NCBI GenBank assembly: GCA_965261395.1
Contig: OZ253462.1
Coordinates: 5,344,001 to 5,408,000, forward strand
Source: Candidatus Latescibacterota bacterium
GTDB lineage: Bacteria; Latescibacterota; UBA2968; UBA8231
Direction of reading: 5' to 3'
Length of the DNA stretch: 64,000 nt
Below are positions 10,104 to 20,346 of the stretch, piece after piece; the first letter of the stretch is position 1; every line of letters begins with the position of its first letter. A model generated the notes under the pieces. The model was not told the DNA's origin, made no database searches, and was given only the letters and a program-made list of their open reading frames with translations. A program made the translations under genes and the position numbers.

Positions 10104-10617
10104 TAGTACCTAGCTTCTGTGAGTCAGAGATTAGATCGACAGCAGACAACCGGGCTACGGTCGCAGCCTGCATGTTGCACGCCGTGCGCGGCGGCACATT
10201 GTAGAGAACCAGCGGCAGGTCCACGGCCTCAGCAATGGCGCAATAGTGACGGTAAAGCCCCTCCTGAGTCGGCTTGTTGTAGTACGGCGTCACCGACAGA
10301 CAGTAGTCGGCACCGTCGCCCTGCGCGGCCCGAGTAAACTCAATGGCCTCAGCCGTCGCGTTGGCACCAGTGCCTGCGACCACCGGCACGCGGCCATCCA
10401 CCCGGCGCACCACGGCTGCGATCACTTGTTTTTGTTCGGCGTGAGTTAGCGTAGCCGATTCGCCAGTGGTACCCACCGGCACAATACCGTGCGTTCCGGA
10501 CTCCAAGTGCCAATCCACCAAGCCGTCCAGCGCCGCCCAGTCGATGGCCCCCGATGCCGTCATCGGCGTCACCAAGGCGACCAAGCTGCCCCTCAAATCA
10601 TTCATTGCCTGAGACAT
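10075..10617 (-). pseudogene. dapA: DapA N-terminal fragment
   Basis: ALVTPM, GTTGESATL, VTPYYNKP, LYNVPPRT; breaks off at RLSAVD (~10133), before the Schiff-base Lys. Confidence 0.88.
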
Positions 10618-10755
10618 GATACCCCCCGCGAGATGAGAAAAAATGGAGGATTGAATGAAAGGTACTATTGTAGGGTGTCAAGGAGGCGACGACGCGCTAT
10701 GGCTCGCACCTTATATATTGCGGTATTCGGGAGCGACTTACACGCCCAATAACTC

Positions 10756-11355
10756 TCACCCCTCAGTTGCAGCGTCCCCAAGCGGATGCAGATCAATCGG
10801 CGTCAGAATCCCATAGAAACCGTATTTGATGCCCTGTCGATCCCCTTTCCCCGGAGGAAAGTATTCTTCAATAAGCGCCAATAATCGACGACTAAATTCG
10901 GCTGCCTGTTCTTCCGATAGTCGCGCGCGGTTGTGATTGACGGATTGCTGGAATGTCGAACCGTATAAGCCCTCGGCAGCTTCGCGAAACGCTTGATTGA
11001 ACTGGCTGGCAACATCCGTTGGTATGGCCTCCGCAATTTGGTCATTCGACGAAAGGGACTCTCGAACGCGAACTTTGCCTACCGCTGGCAAACAACGCCA
11101 TTCTTGGGGGCCTGCTTCATCTTCCTCCAAATGTACGACACCTGTTTGCGTCAGCCGTTGCAAGTGGTACAGCACCCGAGCATCGGTAACGTCCAACGTC
11201 TGCGAAATTTCTGCAACCGACTTCCCTGCTCCAAGAATTTCGAGGATGCGCCAACGAAGCGGATCGGCGAGTACATTCGCACGATCATCTTCGATAACAA
11301 GTACCGAGTCCTTTAAGGAGTTGGTCGGAAATGTCAATTCACGCCACGTACTCAT
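10756..11355 (-). CDS. ArsR-like winged-helix regulator
   Basis: LADPLRWRILEIL..SVAEISQTL..VLYHLQRL..GVV. Confidence 0.82.
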   Translation of the reverse strand: MSTWRELTFPTNSLKDSVLVIEDDRANVLADPLRWRILEILGAGKSVAEISQTLDVTDARVLYHLQRLTQTGVVHLEEDEAGPQEWRCLPAVGKVRVRESLSSNDQIAEAIPTDVASQFNQAFREAAEGLYGSTFQQSVNHNRARLSEEQAAEFSRRLLALIEEYFPPGKGDRQGIKYGFYGILTPIDLHPLGDAATEG

Positions 11356-11391
11356 TTAGACTCTCCAGTGTATAATCGAGGGAACTTTCGC

Positions 11392-11664
11392 TCAGCCATC
11401 GAGGAGCGCTTCGGCGATGTTGGTCGCGTGAGTGGTGACGATGACCGCCATGGCGACAGCCATCGGACCGGTCGGGCCGGATATTTGGGACCGCGTCCCG
11501 CCGAACACCGACGCAAAAAAGCCAACCGCAATGGCACCGTATAGTCCGGCCGCCGCCCCCAAGCCCGACGCCACGCCAAAGGCCAGCGCCACCGGCAGCG
11601 CCACCACCGTTGCCGTAAGGGCACCAAAAACATCCCCACGAAGTGTATGGAAATCGTAGTTCAT
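11392..11664 (-). pseudogene. SulP anion transporter, N-terminal fragment
   Basis: GDVFGALTATVVALPVALAFG, GLYGAI, FGG..QISGPTG; only 90 aa. Confidence 0.88.
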
Positions 11665-11875
11665 CGCATCGCTTCTTGGGATTGGAGAGGAGTTCAGCCT
11701 TGTTGACCGGGCATGTCCAATCCCTTGCTATAGGGCAGACTTAGACTGGCTGGAGCCGATCATACGAATCCGCGGTCGTTGCGAAGTAACTGCGCCATTC
11801 AGGTAATGAAGAATCCATGTTCTACTCCATCTGACGAGATTAATTCTGATTCCAGATGTCGAGTCTAACCCGTGC

Positions 11876-12739
11876 CTATATCCCGACTCCGAACTTCTCC
11901 TCAAACTCCGTCCATATCTCAGCGGGCACTTCCTGAGTCGCCGCGTCATAGGCGTCTTGGAGTTGGTTGCGGTCGGCCGGACCGCTCATGACGATACCAT
12001 CGATGGGCGCGTCGAGGCAGAACTGCATGGCCAAGTGCTTGATGTCCACATCCTGCTCTTGGCACCACTCCCACATGGCGTGAGCACGCGGCTCGGCGGC
12101 CCGGGTCGGCTCGATGCCGGTCAAGCGACCCATGCCAAAGACGCTGGCTAAGATCAGGCCGGTGCCGTGCTTTTTGGCCAAGCGCATGGTGGTGCGAGCG
12201 ACGGACTGGTCAAGCAGCGTGTAGTCGAGGAACGTGAGGACGATCTCGGCGTGGCCGGCTTCAATGGCAGCGCGGTGGAAGTCGTGATCGCGGACCCCTA
12301 AACCAATGTGGCGCACCAAGCCTTCTTCTTTCATCTTCTGCAACTCGTCGAAGGCGCGACCAGGGCCTAACGGGTCGGCAATATCGGGCGGGTCGTGAAC
12401 CAGCACAGCGTCGAGGTAATCGACGCGAAGCGATTGCAGACTTTGCTCGACGCTCCAGCGCGTGGCCTCCGCGGAAAAGTCCTTGGGACGCTCCGGGTGC
12501 GGGCCAACCTTGGCCTGCATGTAATAGCTCGACCGCTCGACGCCGGCTAGTGACTTGCCCCAGCGGTCCTCGTTGCGGCCAGCATAGCTGTCGAAGTAGT
12601 CGATGCCTAGATCGAGGGCGCGTTCGATGGTGGCGATGGTTTCGGCCTCGCCGGACGCACCGACGAAGGCTGCTCCCATGCCGAGCGCCCGGGGCTGCAT
12701 GCCGGTGCGGCCCATGTTGCGGCGCGGTAGGTTGCTCAT
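11876..12739 (-). CDS. Aldo/keto reductase
   Basis: MGRTG, ALDLGIDYFD, SLQSLRVDYLD..LVH, EEGLVRHIG. Confidence 0.9.
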   Translation of the reverse strand: MSNLPRRNMGRTGMQPRALGMGAAFVGASGEAETIATIERALDLGIDYFDSYAGRNEDRWGKSLAGVERSSYYMQAKVGPHPERPKDFSAEATRWSVEQSLQSLRVDYLDAVLVHDPPDIADPLGPGRAFDELQKMKEEGLVRHIGLGVRDHDFHRAAIEAGHAEIVLTFLDYTLLDQSVARTTMRLAKKHGTGLILASVFGMGRLTGIEPTRAAEPRAHAMWEWCQEQDVDIKHLAMQFCLDAPIDGIVMSGPADRNQLQDAYDAATQEVPAEIWTEFEEKFGVGI

Positions 12740-12743
12740 GAAT

Positions 12744-13190
12744 TTAACTCCCTTTTATCTCGTATAACTCGATTTCAAAAATTAAGGTCGCGCACGGGGG
12801 GATGCTGCCCGGCTTGCCCTTTTTGCCGTAGGCCAGTTCCGGCGGGACCACCAGTCGCGACTGGCCGCCGCCCTTCATCATCTGCAAGCCCTCTGTCCAA
12901 CCGGGGATGACCCTTTTGAGCGAGAGCGTGCTAGGGTGACCCCGTTCGTACGAACTGTCGAAGACCTTGCCGTCGGCAAACATGCCCTTGTAGTGGACGG
13001 TGACGCGGGCTTTAGGTCCTGGCTGGGGGCCGTAGCCGGCCTTTAACTCCTGATAGATGAGGCCGGATTCGGTGCGCACGGCTCCTTCTTTGGCGGCCTC
13101 GCCGTCGAGGAAGGCTTGGTCGATGGATTCAGCGCAGGGGTCGGAGCAGGCGGCGAGCGCCAATAAGGCGAAGGGGAGTAGGGCGTTCAT
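12744..13190 (-). CDS. FKBP-type PPIase lipoprotein
   Basis: LAAC lipobox, TESGLIY, VHYKG, FDSSYERG, VIPGWTEGL. Confidence 0.94.
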   Translation of the reverse strand: MNALLPFALLALAACSDPCAESIDQAFLDGEAAKEGAVRTESGLIYQELKAGYGPQPGPKARVTVHYKGMFADGKVFDSSYERGHPSTLSLKRVIPGWTEGLQMMKGGGQSRLVVPPELAYGKKGKPGSIPPCATLIFEIELYEIKGS

Positions 13191-13361
13191 GGCGTTACCT
13201 CGGGGAGTGAGGGTGGGCAGGCATACTCTCCATATTAGCGCACGCGGCCCGCTCGCTCAAGGGACGGCGCGGGAACGGATATGGACAACAGAGAACTCCG
13301 CGCGTTATGTTACCTAAACGTTGCACAACTTACGTCTCGCACGGAGGATAATACAGCGAAT

Positions 13362-15118
13362 ATGGGAAAACGGTCTAGGGCACTCGTTTGGCGCTTGGCA
13401 CTCTTATGCGGCGTAGGGCTGATAGCCTGTGGCGGCGAACAGACACCGGACGGTTTGCAGCAAGTGCCGCGCAACCGCACGCTAATCGTCGATTGCGCCG
13501 AGAACAACACCTGCGGCGGCCAGATCCAAGACTACAACACCTTCAACCCCTTCGTGCCGGGCGGGATCTCGCGGATCGGCTATCAGTTCCTCTACGAGCC
13601 GCTCTACTTCTTCAATGGCTACAAGGCCGACGCCGAACCGCTGCCGTGGATCGCCACCGGGCACCGGTTCAACGCGGACTACACCGAAGTCGTGGTGGAT
13701 ATACGCCCAGGTGTGGAGTGGAGCGACGGGCAGCCGTGGACGGCGCACGACTTTGTCTTTACGGTTAATATGCTCAAAGAGCACGCGCCGAACCTAGTGT
13801 TCTCGACCGATATGGAGACCTGGGTCCAAGAGGCAGTGGCCCTCGACAGCCTGACGGCGAAGATCGTCCTCAAATCGCCTAACCCGCGCTTTCTCTTCAG
13901 TTATTTCACCCACAACCACGGCAACGGAGTGCCGATCGTCCCCAAACACATCTGGGAGGGGCAAGATCCCTCGCGCTTTGCCAATTACGATCTGGCCAGC
14001 GGTTGGCCGGTAGTCACGGGGCCGTATCGCATTGCGCTGTCGGAGCCAGCGCAGCGGATCTGGGATCTGCGCCCGGACTGGTGGGCGGCCAAGATCGGCT
14101 TCCACGCGCTGCCGCAGGTCGAGCGCTTGATCTTTCTGCCCTATATGGAAGAGCACCAGCGAGTGCAGAACCTGCTGGCCAACAAGCTCGACACCTGTTT
14201 GGAACTCCGACCGTCCAATATCATCACCTTGCTCGAACAACACGACAAAATGAGCACCTGGACGGGGCGGGAGCCGCCCTATAGCTACATGACACCGTGG
14301 GCGATCACGCTAGGGTTCAACAATACGGAGGCCCCTTTCGACGATCCCGAGATCCGGCGGGCGATCAACTTCGCCATCAACCGCGAACAACTGGTCGAGA
14401 TCGGCTGGCAGAACTCGGGCGACTACGCGCTGCTGCCGTTGCCGGACGTGCCGCAGATGCAGCCCTATTTCGCCGCGGCGGCGGATCTAGTGGCCCGATA
14501 CGAGATCGGCGTCCACGACACTGCGCGCACGGCGGCGATCATGTCGCGCAAGGGATGGATGCGAGGGCCGGATGGCTTCTGATGAAGGACGGCGAGACAT
14601 TTTCGCTCGTCATCGATATCTTCGCGCATTTTCAAGACCTGACGCCGATTTTGGTCGCCCAGCTCCAAGCGGCGGGTTTTGACGCCTCGTTCCGCATGAC
14701 TTCGGACTACATTTCGCGGATGGCCCAGGGTGAGGCGCGCGCTTTTATGTTTGGCAACCTAAGCTCCATGCGCGATCCCTACCAAGTGCTGAGCCACTAC
14801 CACAGCCGTTTCGCCAAGCCGACGGGCGAGACTGCCGAGCACTACTGGCGCTGGCAAAACGCCGACTTCGACGCGCTAGTCGATCGCATGGCGCAGACGC
14901 CCAACGATGCGCCCGAGATGAGGGCGATTTACCGGCAGGCAATAGCGATCTGGCTGGCCGAGTTGCCGGCAATTCCAATTGTGCAGTGGCCGCACCGGAT
15001 TCCGGTCAACGAGACCTACTGGACGGGGTGGCCTTCGGCAGAAGATCCCTATATAAACACTTCGTACTGGGCGCGGTCTTGGCTGTTGGTGTTGCTCAAT
15101 TTGCGCCCGGTTGGATAA
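13362..15118 (+). pseudogene. ABC peptide-type substrate-binding lipoprotein (family 5) with a 1-bp frameshift
   Basis: LIAC lipobox, WSDGQPWTAHD, PFDDPEIRRAI; TTC TG ATG AAG at ~14580 would read FWMK with one extra G. Confidence 0.85.
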
Positions 15119-15131
15119 AGTGCCGCCCTCC

Positions 15132-17138
15132 ATGTCCCCCACCCTATTCGACCGCACCCTGTTACCCGAGGCCCTAGGCGAATTCGTCGTCATCTCCGAT
15201 ACCCACTATGCGCTAGCAGGGGGCGTCGGGATGAGCGAATTCCCCTCCCGCGCCCAACAGAGCCGACGGGCGGCCGCGGCATTGCGTCTGGTCGCCGCCT
15301 TGGAACCGGATTTTGTCGTCCACATGGGCGATGTGGTGCAAGAATACCCCGGGAGCGCGGGCTTTGTCCCGGCTTTAGACCAAGCCCTAGAGCAGATGGC
15401 GGCCTGCGGCGTGCAGCCGCGCTGGGTGGCCGGCAACCACGACGTGGGCGACAAACCCGACCCTACCATGCCGACCCATCCGGTTACGGCCGAGGGGCTG
15501 GCCGCATACCACCGGCGCTTTGGCCCGTCCTGGTACAGCTTTGACCATCACGACCTGCACTTGGTGGTACTCAACAGCCAAATTCTGAACACCGGCCTGC
15601 CGGCAGAAGAAGAGCAAAGGACTTGGTTGGAGGCAGACCTAACCACGCATGCCCAGATGCGCATCGCGGTATTTTTGCACCTGCCACCCTATCTGCACAA
15701 CCCCGCTGAGCCGCATCTGGGGCACTACGACAACATCGGCGAACCGGCCCGCACTTGGCTGCTAAAATTGTTGGCCGCCCACCGGGTAGCTTGGCTTTTT
15801 GCGGCCCACGTGCACTTTGCCTTTTGCGATCCAGCGGGGGCCTTGGACTATCGCACCGTCCCCTCCACTTCTTTTGTGCGGCCCGGTTTTAGCCACTTGT
15901 TCAACGGCGCACCGCCGCCCGAGCAAGGCCGCAACGACCAGCCCAAGTTGGGCTTTTTCCTGTGCCGCCTGCGCCACAACCGACTCGACATCCACCTGAT
16001 TCGCACCGCCGGGACACAGGATTGGACGCCGGGCCCGCGGCGGCTGCTCACCCCAGCAACCGCCGACTTGGGCGGGGGACCATTGGGGCTGACCGCGACT
16101 CATCCACTCGGTTGGGAAACGCAAGTTCCCATAACCTTTCCCTCGGTGATACGCCAGCCAGTGCGCAACGACTATCCCCTGCTGGCCTGTCTGGAGCTGG
16201 GCGCACAGGCTCTGCGCTGCCCTTGGACCGACTTGAACCAGTCCGGCGACCACCTGCGCTTTTTGCGCAGCCAAGGCGTCCAAGTGCAAGCGACCATTCT
16301 CGACGACGAGAACACTCCTTACGAGTCCATCCTGGAAAGTCGCCGCGACCAAGTGGATACTTGGGAGATCCAGATGCCGGGCGGGCCTTGGCCATCGTCG
16401 TCGTGTCTGTATTTGTTCAAGAGCTACCACCGCAATCTGCGGCTGTCTTTGGCCCCGGTGATCCCCGGCCAGCAGATAGCCGGCAAGCAGCACCCCCGCA
16501 CCCGGGTCGGCTACCGGCCCGACGAAGTGGCCCAACTCGACCGTCTATTGCAAAACGCAGATACCTGGATAGAAGCGGCCCTGTGCCGACTGGACGCAAC
16601 GGCCCCTTGGGAAGACGCCTTGGCTTGGCGCGAGGTTGGTGCCCTGACCACGATGGGGCGGCTGGATTTGCTCTTTGAATTGCCGGGGCAAAGCGACCAA
16701 GACGATACGCTCCAAGCCGCGGAGGCGCTCTTCGCCACTGCGCTGCTGCCGAGGGCGCGGCTCTTTGTCGAACCTTTTATCGATCTGGACCGCACCATGG
16801 ATGTCGGTCAGGGGCTTTTGGATCCCCTGTGCAACCCCCGCCCCGTCTTTGGCGTCCTGCGCTGCCTCAATGCGCTGCTACAGCGCTTTCGCGTGCCCTT
16901 TGCCGAGGCTACCAGCGCGGAAGGCGACGGAGCAACAGTGCGGCTGCTCCGAGGGCCGACCCGCACGTTGGCCCTGCTGTTGCCAGCAGTTGCGGGTTCT
17001 ACGGTTCCATCCACTTGGGAGATTACCGGATCGGCGCGGCTTTATCGCCTAGCCGACGGCACCGTAGAAGAGATGGAGGCCGAGCGGCTTTCAGAAGTGG
17101 CGCTCGACCAGCCGAGCTTGGTGATCGTCGAAAATTAG
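15132..17138 (+). CDS. Metallophosphoesterase with an unassigned C-terminal region
   Basis: SDTH, HMGDV, GNHD and AHVH motifs in the first ~300 aa. Confidence 0.85.
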   Translation: MSPTLFDRTLLPEALGEFVVISDTHYALAGGVGMSEFPSRAQQSRRAAAALRLVAALEPDFVVHMGDVVQEYPGSAGFVPALDQALEQMAACGVQPRWVAGNHDVGDKPDPTMPTHPVTAEGLAAYHRRFGPSWYSFDHHDLHLVVLNSQILNTGLPAEEEQRTWLEADLTTHAQMRIAVFLHLPPYLHNPAEPHLGHYDNIGEPARTWLLKLLAAHRVAWLFAAHVHFAFCDPAGALDYRTVPSTSFVRPGFSHLFNGAPPPEQGRNDQPKLGFFLCRLRHNRLDIHLIRTAGTQDWTPGPRRLLTPATADLGGGPLGLTATHPLGWETQVPITFPSVIRQPVRNDYPLLACLELGAQALRCPWTDLNQSGDHLRFLRSQGVQVQATILDDENTPYESILESRRDQVDTWEIQMPGGPWPSSSCLYLFKSYHRNLRLSLAPVIPGQQIAGKQHPRTRVGYRPDEVAQLDRLLQNADTWIEAALCRLDATAPWEDALAWREVGALTTMGRLDLLFELPGQSDQDDTLQAAEALFATALLPRARLFVEPFIDLDRTMDVGQGLLDPLCNPRPVFGVLRCLNALLQRFRVPFAEATSAEGDGATVRLLRGPTRTLALLLPAVAGSTVPSTWEITGSARLYRLADGTVEEMEAERLSEVALDQPSLVIVEN

Positions 17139-17824
17139 TCGATGTGCTCGGTGCGGTCCGAATCGAGCAGCGCGCGCACTTCCTCAATATTGTCCAGCCC
17201 CAGCCGGACTCGGCGGGTGAGGTTTTCTTCGGCCTCGCGCACCTTGGGCAAGGTTTCCACCACATGGTCGAACTGGTCGTGAGGGATGACCACCACCCCG
17301 TCGCGGTCGGCGACGACAATCTCACCCGCATCGACGCAGGTCCCGCCCATGACCACGGGCATCCCGGCGGTACCCGGTCCATTGCGAGTACAAGAATTGG
17401 GGGTGATGCCCATGCAGAAGGCAGGCAGGCCAACGGGCAGGATGCCGTCGATGTCGCGCATCAGACCGTCGGTGACAAAGCCGGCGACACCTCGGTTGCG
17501 CCCCATAGCTATCATGATGTCGCCGGCGATCGCGGTGCGAGTGAACGTATCCGTGGCGATGAAGATCGCGTCCCCCGGCTGCGCGATCTCGAGCGCGGCA
17601 AAGACGGCGAGGTTGTCGCCCGGCCCCGGATGACAGGTGACGATGGGCGCGACGAGCTTGCAGTTGTTGGGATCGAGCGGCTTGATGCGGTAGTCGAGCG
17701 CGCCGCGACCGTTCATGCAATCGACGATAAAGCCAGTGGGAACACTGCGCAGGGCGCGCAGGACAGCTTCCGAGGGCCGCGGAAAATTGCGGCGGACCGT
17801 GAGTAGCGGGGGGTCCTTAATCAT
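17135..17824 (-). CDS. RraA / HMG-CHA aldolase family protein
   Basis: PGDNL, AGDIM, DGLMRD, VADRDGVVVIP. Confidence 0.88.
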   Translation of the reverse strand: MIKDPPLLTVRRNFPRPSEAVLRALRSVPTGFIVDCMNGRGALDYRIKPLDPNNCKLVAPIVTCHPGPGDNLAVFAALEIAQPGDAIFIATDTFTRTAIAGDIMIAMGRNRGVAGFVTDGLMRDIDGILPVGLPAFCMGITPNSCTRNGPGTAGMPVVMGGTCVDAGEIVVADRDGVVVIPHDQFDHVVETLPKVREAEENLTRRVRLGLDNIEEVRALLDSDRTEHID

Positions 17825-17945
17825 GTTAGCTCCAAAGGTGAATGAAGGCGGACTATTCTATAAGAGGCCAAGGGCAGTTGTCAAATCCTAGATCCGGGCG
17901 GCCCTACCATCGAAAAACACCCGATGTGGGTTTTGATTCCGCTTT

Positions 17946-19112
17946 TCAGCGCTCCACCGCGCGGCCCCAAGGCCCAGGGATGTAAGGGAAGCGCGTTTCG
18001 AGGTCGTCAGCCAGCTCCACACCCCAGCCGGGCGCGTCGGGCAGCGCGAGAGAGCCTTCGGTCGCGGGCGGGTCTTTGAGGATGTCCCATTGCAACGGCC
18101 CTTGGCCGATGAACATTTCCAGCACGTGCTCTTTGGGGAGAGCGGCGAGGAAGTGGGCATTGGCTATGGTCAACAGACCGTTGTGCCAGTTCTGAGTAAA
18201 AAGCTCAATGCCGTGCTCTTTGGCGCGATGGTAGATGCGGATGGCCTCGCCGAGGCTGCAAACGCCGACATCGAGCTGGCCTTTGGCGTACGCTTTTTGC
18301 GCGAAGAACGGCTCGAACTGGTCGAGGGCCGTGTTGGATTCGCCGCCGGTGATGGGCAGATGCAATTCGGCGTTGAGGCGGGCGTAGCCGTCGATCTGGT
18401 CCTTGGGCAGCGGTTCTTCAAACCAAGTCCAGCCCGCCTCGTCGAGAAAGTGGCCGATCTCGCGGGCCTGCGCCTCGTCGAGGCGGCAATTGCCCTCCAG
18501 CATCAGCTCCATGCGCTCGCCCACTGCGTCGGTCACCTGGCGCAACAGGTCGATCATCTGCGCGACGGTGACGCCCGACCACGACCACTCGGTGCCCAGC
18601 CGCATCTTATAGGCGGTGAAGCCCCGGTCGGCGAGGGCACGAGCTTCATCCACGACCGATGAGGGGCGATCATCCCAGTCGTACTGCACGCCACCCGAAG
18701 CATAAAGGCGCAGGCGGGTGCGCGGTTTGCGCTCGGGGGTATCGGGTGTGATGAGGGGGACGATGAGTTCGGCGACTGTCTTGTTTTGCGCCTTGGCGCG
18801 CAGATCCCACAGTGCCAGTTCGAGACCAGCCCAGGCAATGTGCAGCGAACGGTCGCCGGTAGGTTTGGGCGCGAGGTCCGGGTCGAGCGGGTCGCAACCG
18901 ATGAGACTGGGCTTGAGGGCGTCGAGCCGCTGGCGAATGATCGGTGGATCGCCATAGGTGGAAGGTTCGGCAATGCCCTGTAAGCCAGCGTCCGTGTCGA
19001 TGATGACTACGGGACAGTCGGCTTTTTCCACGTGGAAGGCGGCGCTAAACCACTGACGGTCGGGTTCGTGGGGACGGGAAAGGCAAAGGGTGCGGATGTC
19101 GGTAATTTTCAC
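17946..19112 (-). CDS. Mandelate racemase/MLE (enolase superfamily) enzyme
   Basis: MKITDI, ELALWDL, YKMR, WFEEP, ITGGES, PGWGVEL. Confidence 0.88.
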   Translation of the reverse strand: MKITDIRTLCLSRPHEPDRQWFSAAFHVEKADCPVVIIDTDAGLQGIAEPSTYGDPPIIRQRLDALKPSLIGCDPLDPDLAPKPTGDRSLHIAWAGLELALWDLRAKAQNKTVAELIVPLITPDTPERKPRTRLRLYASGGVQYDWDDRPSSVVDEARALADRGFTAYKMRLGTEWSWSGVTVAQMIDLLRQVTDAVGERMELMLEGNCRLDEAQAREIGHFLDEAGWTWFEEPLPKDQIDGYARLNAELHLPITGGESNTALDQFEPFFAQKAYAKGQLDVGVCSLGEAIRIYHRAKEHGIELFTQNWHNGLLTIANAHFLAALPKEHVLEMFIGQGPLQWDILKDPPATEGSLALPDAPGWGVELADDLETRFPYIPGPWGRAVER

Positions 19113-19121
19113 GGGGACTCC

Positions 19122-20156
19122 TTAGTGTGTGTTGCGTACCCAGTCCAGCGAAAAGCGGGCCAAGGTCAGGCGCTCGTAGGGCTGCTCGGCACCGCATTCA
19201 TAGAGACAGGCGGCGCGGCCATCGGGCAGAGCAGCCAGACAGGAGTACGCTGCCGGGCCGGGATGCAGAACGCGGGCGCAGACCCACGTTTGGCCGTCGT
19301 CATCGCTGAGCCGCACGGTCATATTCTGGCGGCCCTCGGCGCTGGCGGGGTTGGAAAAGAGCAAGCTAGTGCCGACCCGGCGGATGCTGGCCTGGCAGAT
19401 CGGCTCGACAAGGACAGGATCGCGCGCTAGCGACGACCAGCTCTGGCCGCCGTCGTCGCTAAACGAAAAAGCGCGGGCGCGGATGCTTGGATCGTAGTTG
19501 CGCATATTGAGCAGCAGACGACCGTCCTGTAGCTCGACGACTTCGCACTCGTTGACTTGGTCTTGCGGAGTCGAGCCGCCGAGCCGCCAGCTTTGGCCGC
19601 CGTCGTCGCTGAGCAGGACGTGCGAGTAGTATTTCTTGCTGCCCGCTTCAATGTGGTCGCAGGGGATGACGAGCCGGCCGGTGGCTAGCTGGATGCCAGC
19701 GCCTGGGCCAGTGGCGTACCAGGTCCAGTTAGGTTGCTTAGCTACGGAAGTGATCTCCACGGGAGGAGACCAAGTGCGTCCGTCGTCCTCGCTGCGCGTC
19801 AGCCACACCGTGCGGGTGCCCTCGCTGGTTTGGTCGATGATATCGGGCTCGTGGTCGTGGCCGAGATTGTGGGTCATCAGTAGAGCAATCGCACCCGTGC
19901 AGGCATCGACCACCGGACAGGGATTGCCGCAGGTGTTCGGGCCGTCGTCCCACACCAGCTCGTAGGGAGCAAACGTCTGCCCGCCATCGTCGCTGCGCCG
20001 CAGCAGCATGTCGATGTCGCCGGTGTCGCCGCGAGCGTTTTTGCGGCCCTCGCAAAAGGCGAGCACCGTGCCGGTGAGCGTGGTAATCAGGGCTGGGATG
20101 CGGAAGGTGTGGTAGCCTTGGGTCCCGCTCTCGAAGAGGTCGATGGAATCGATCAT
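19122..20156 (-). CDS. Exo-alpha-sialidase (GH33), no signal peptide
   Basis: FRIP motif, five Asp-boxes (SxDxGxTW/F), AYS motif. Confidence 0.92.
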   Translation of the reverse strand: MIDSIDLFESGTQGYHTFRIPALITTLTGTVLAFCEGRKNARGDTGDIDMLLRRSDDGGQTFAPYELVWDDGPNTCGNPCPVVDACTGAIALLMTHNLGHDHEPDIIDQTSEGTRTVWLTRSEDDGRTWSPPVEITSVAKQPNWTWYATGPGAGIQLATGRLVIPCDHIEAGSKKYYSHVLLSDDGGQSWRLGGSTPQDQVNECEVVELQDGRLLLNMRNYDPSIRARAFSFSDDGGQSWSSLARDPVLVEPICQASIRRVGTSLLFSNPASAEGRQNMTVRLSDDDGQTWVCARVLHPGPAAYSCLAALPDGRAACLYECGAEQPYERLTLARFSLDWVRNTH

Positions 20157-20346
20157 GCCGTTGGTTGCTCCTTTACATTAAGGGCGTCAATATACTCCGT
20201 CTAATCGGAGTAGAGCAAGGGCATCTCCTAGAGCGGTTGCAGGGAAAAAGTACATCTGAGTAGATTCGGGTCGTTCACTTCTTTGCTACTGAGACGACAT
20301 GTAGGGATGCAGGACTAATGCTCCATTAAACGGGAGGAAACAAGGC

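Noticed and set aside
6460-11876. Integron cassette array
   Set aside because: The co-oriented small genes and TA pairs are suggestive, but I found no intI and no recurring attC-like palindromes.
14580-14582. TGA in the SBP as selenocysteine or programmed frameshift
   Set aside because: The downstream part is in another frame, the position corresponds to Trp, and there is no slippery sequence.
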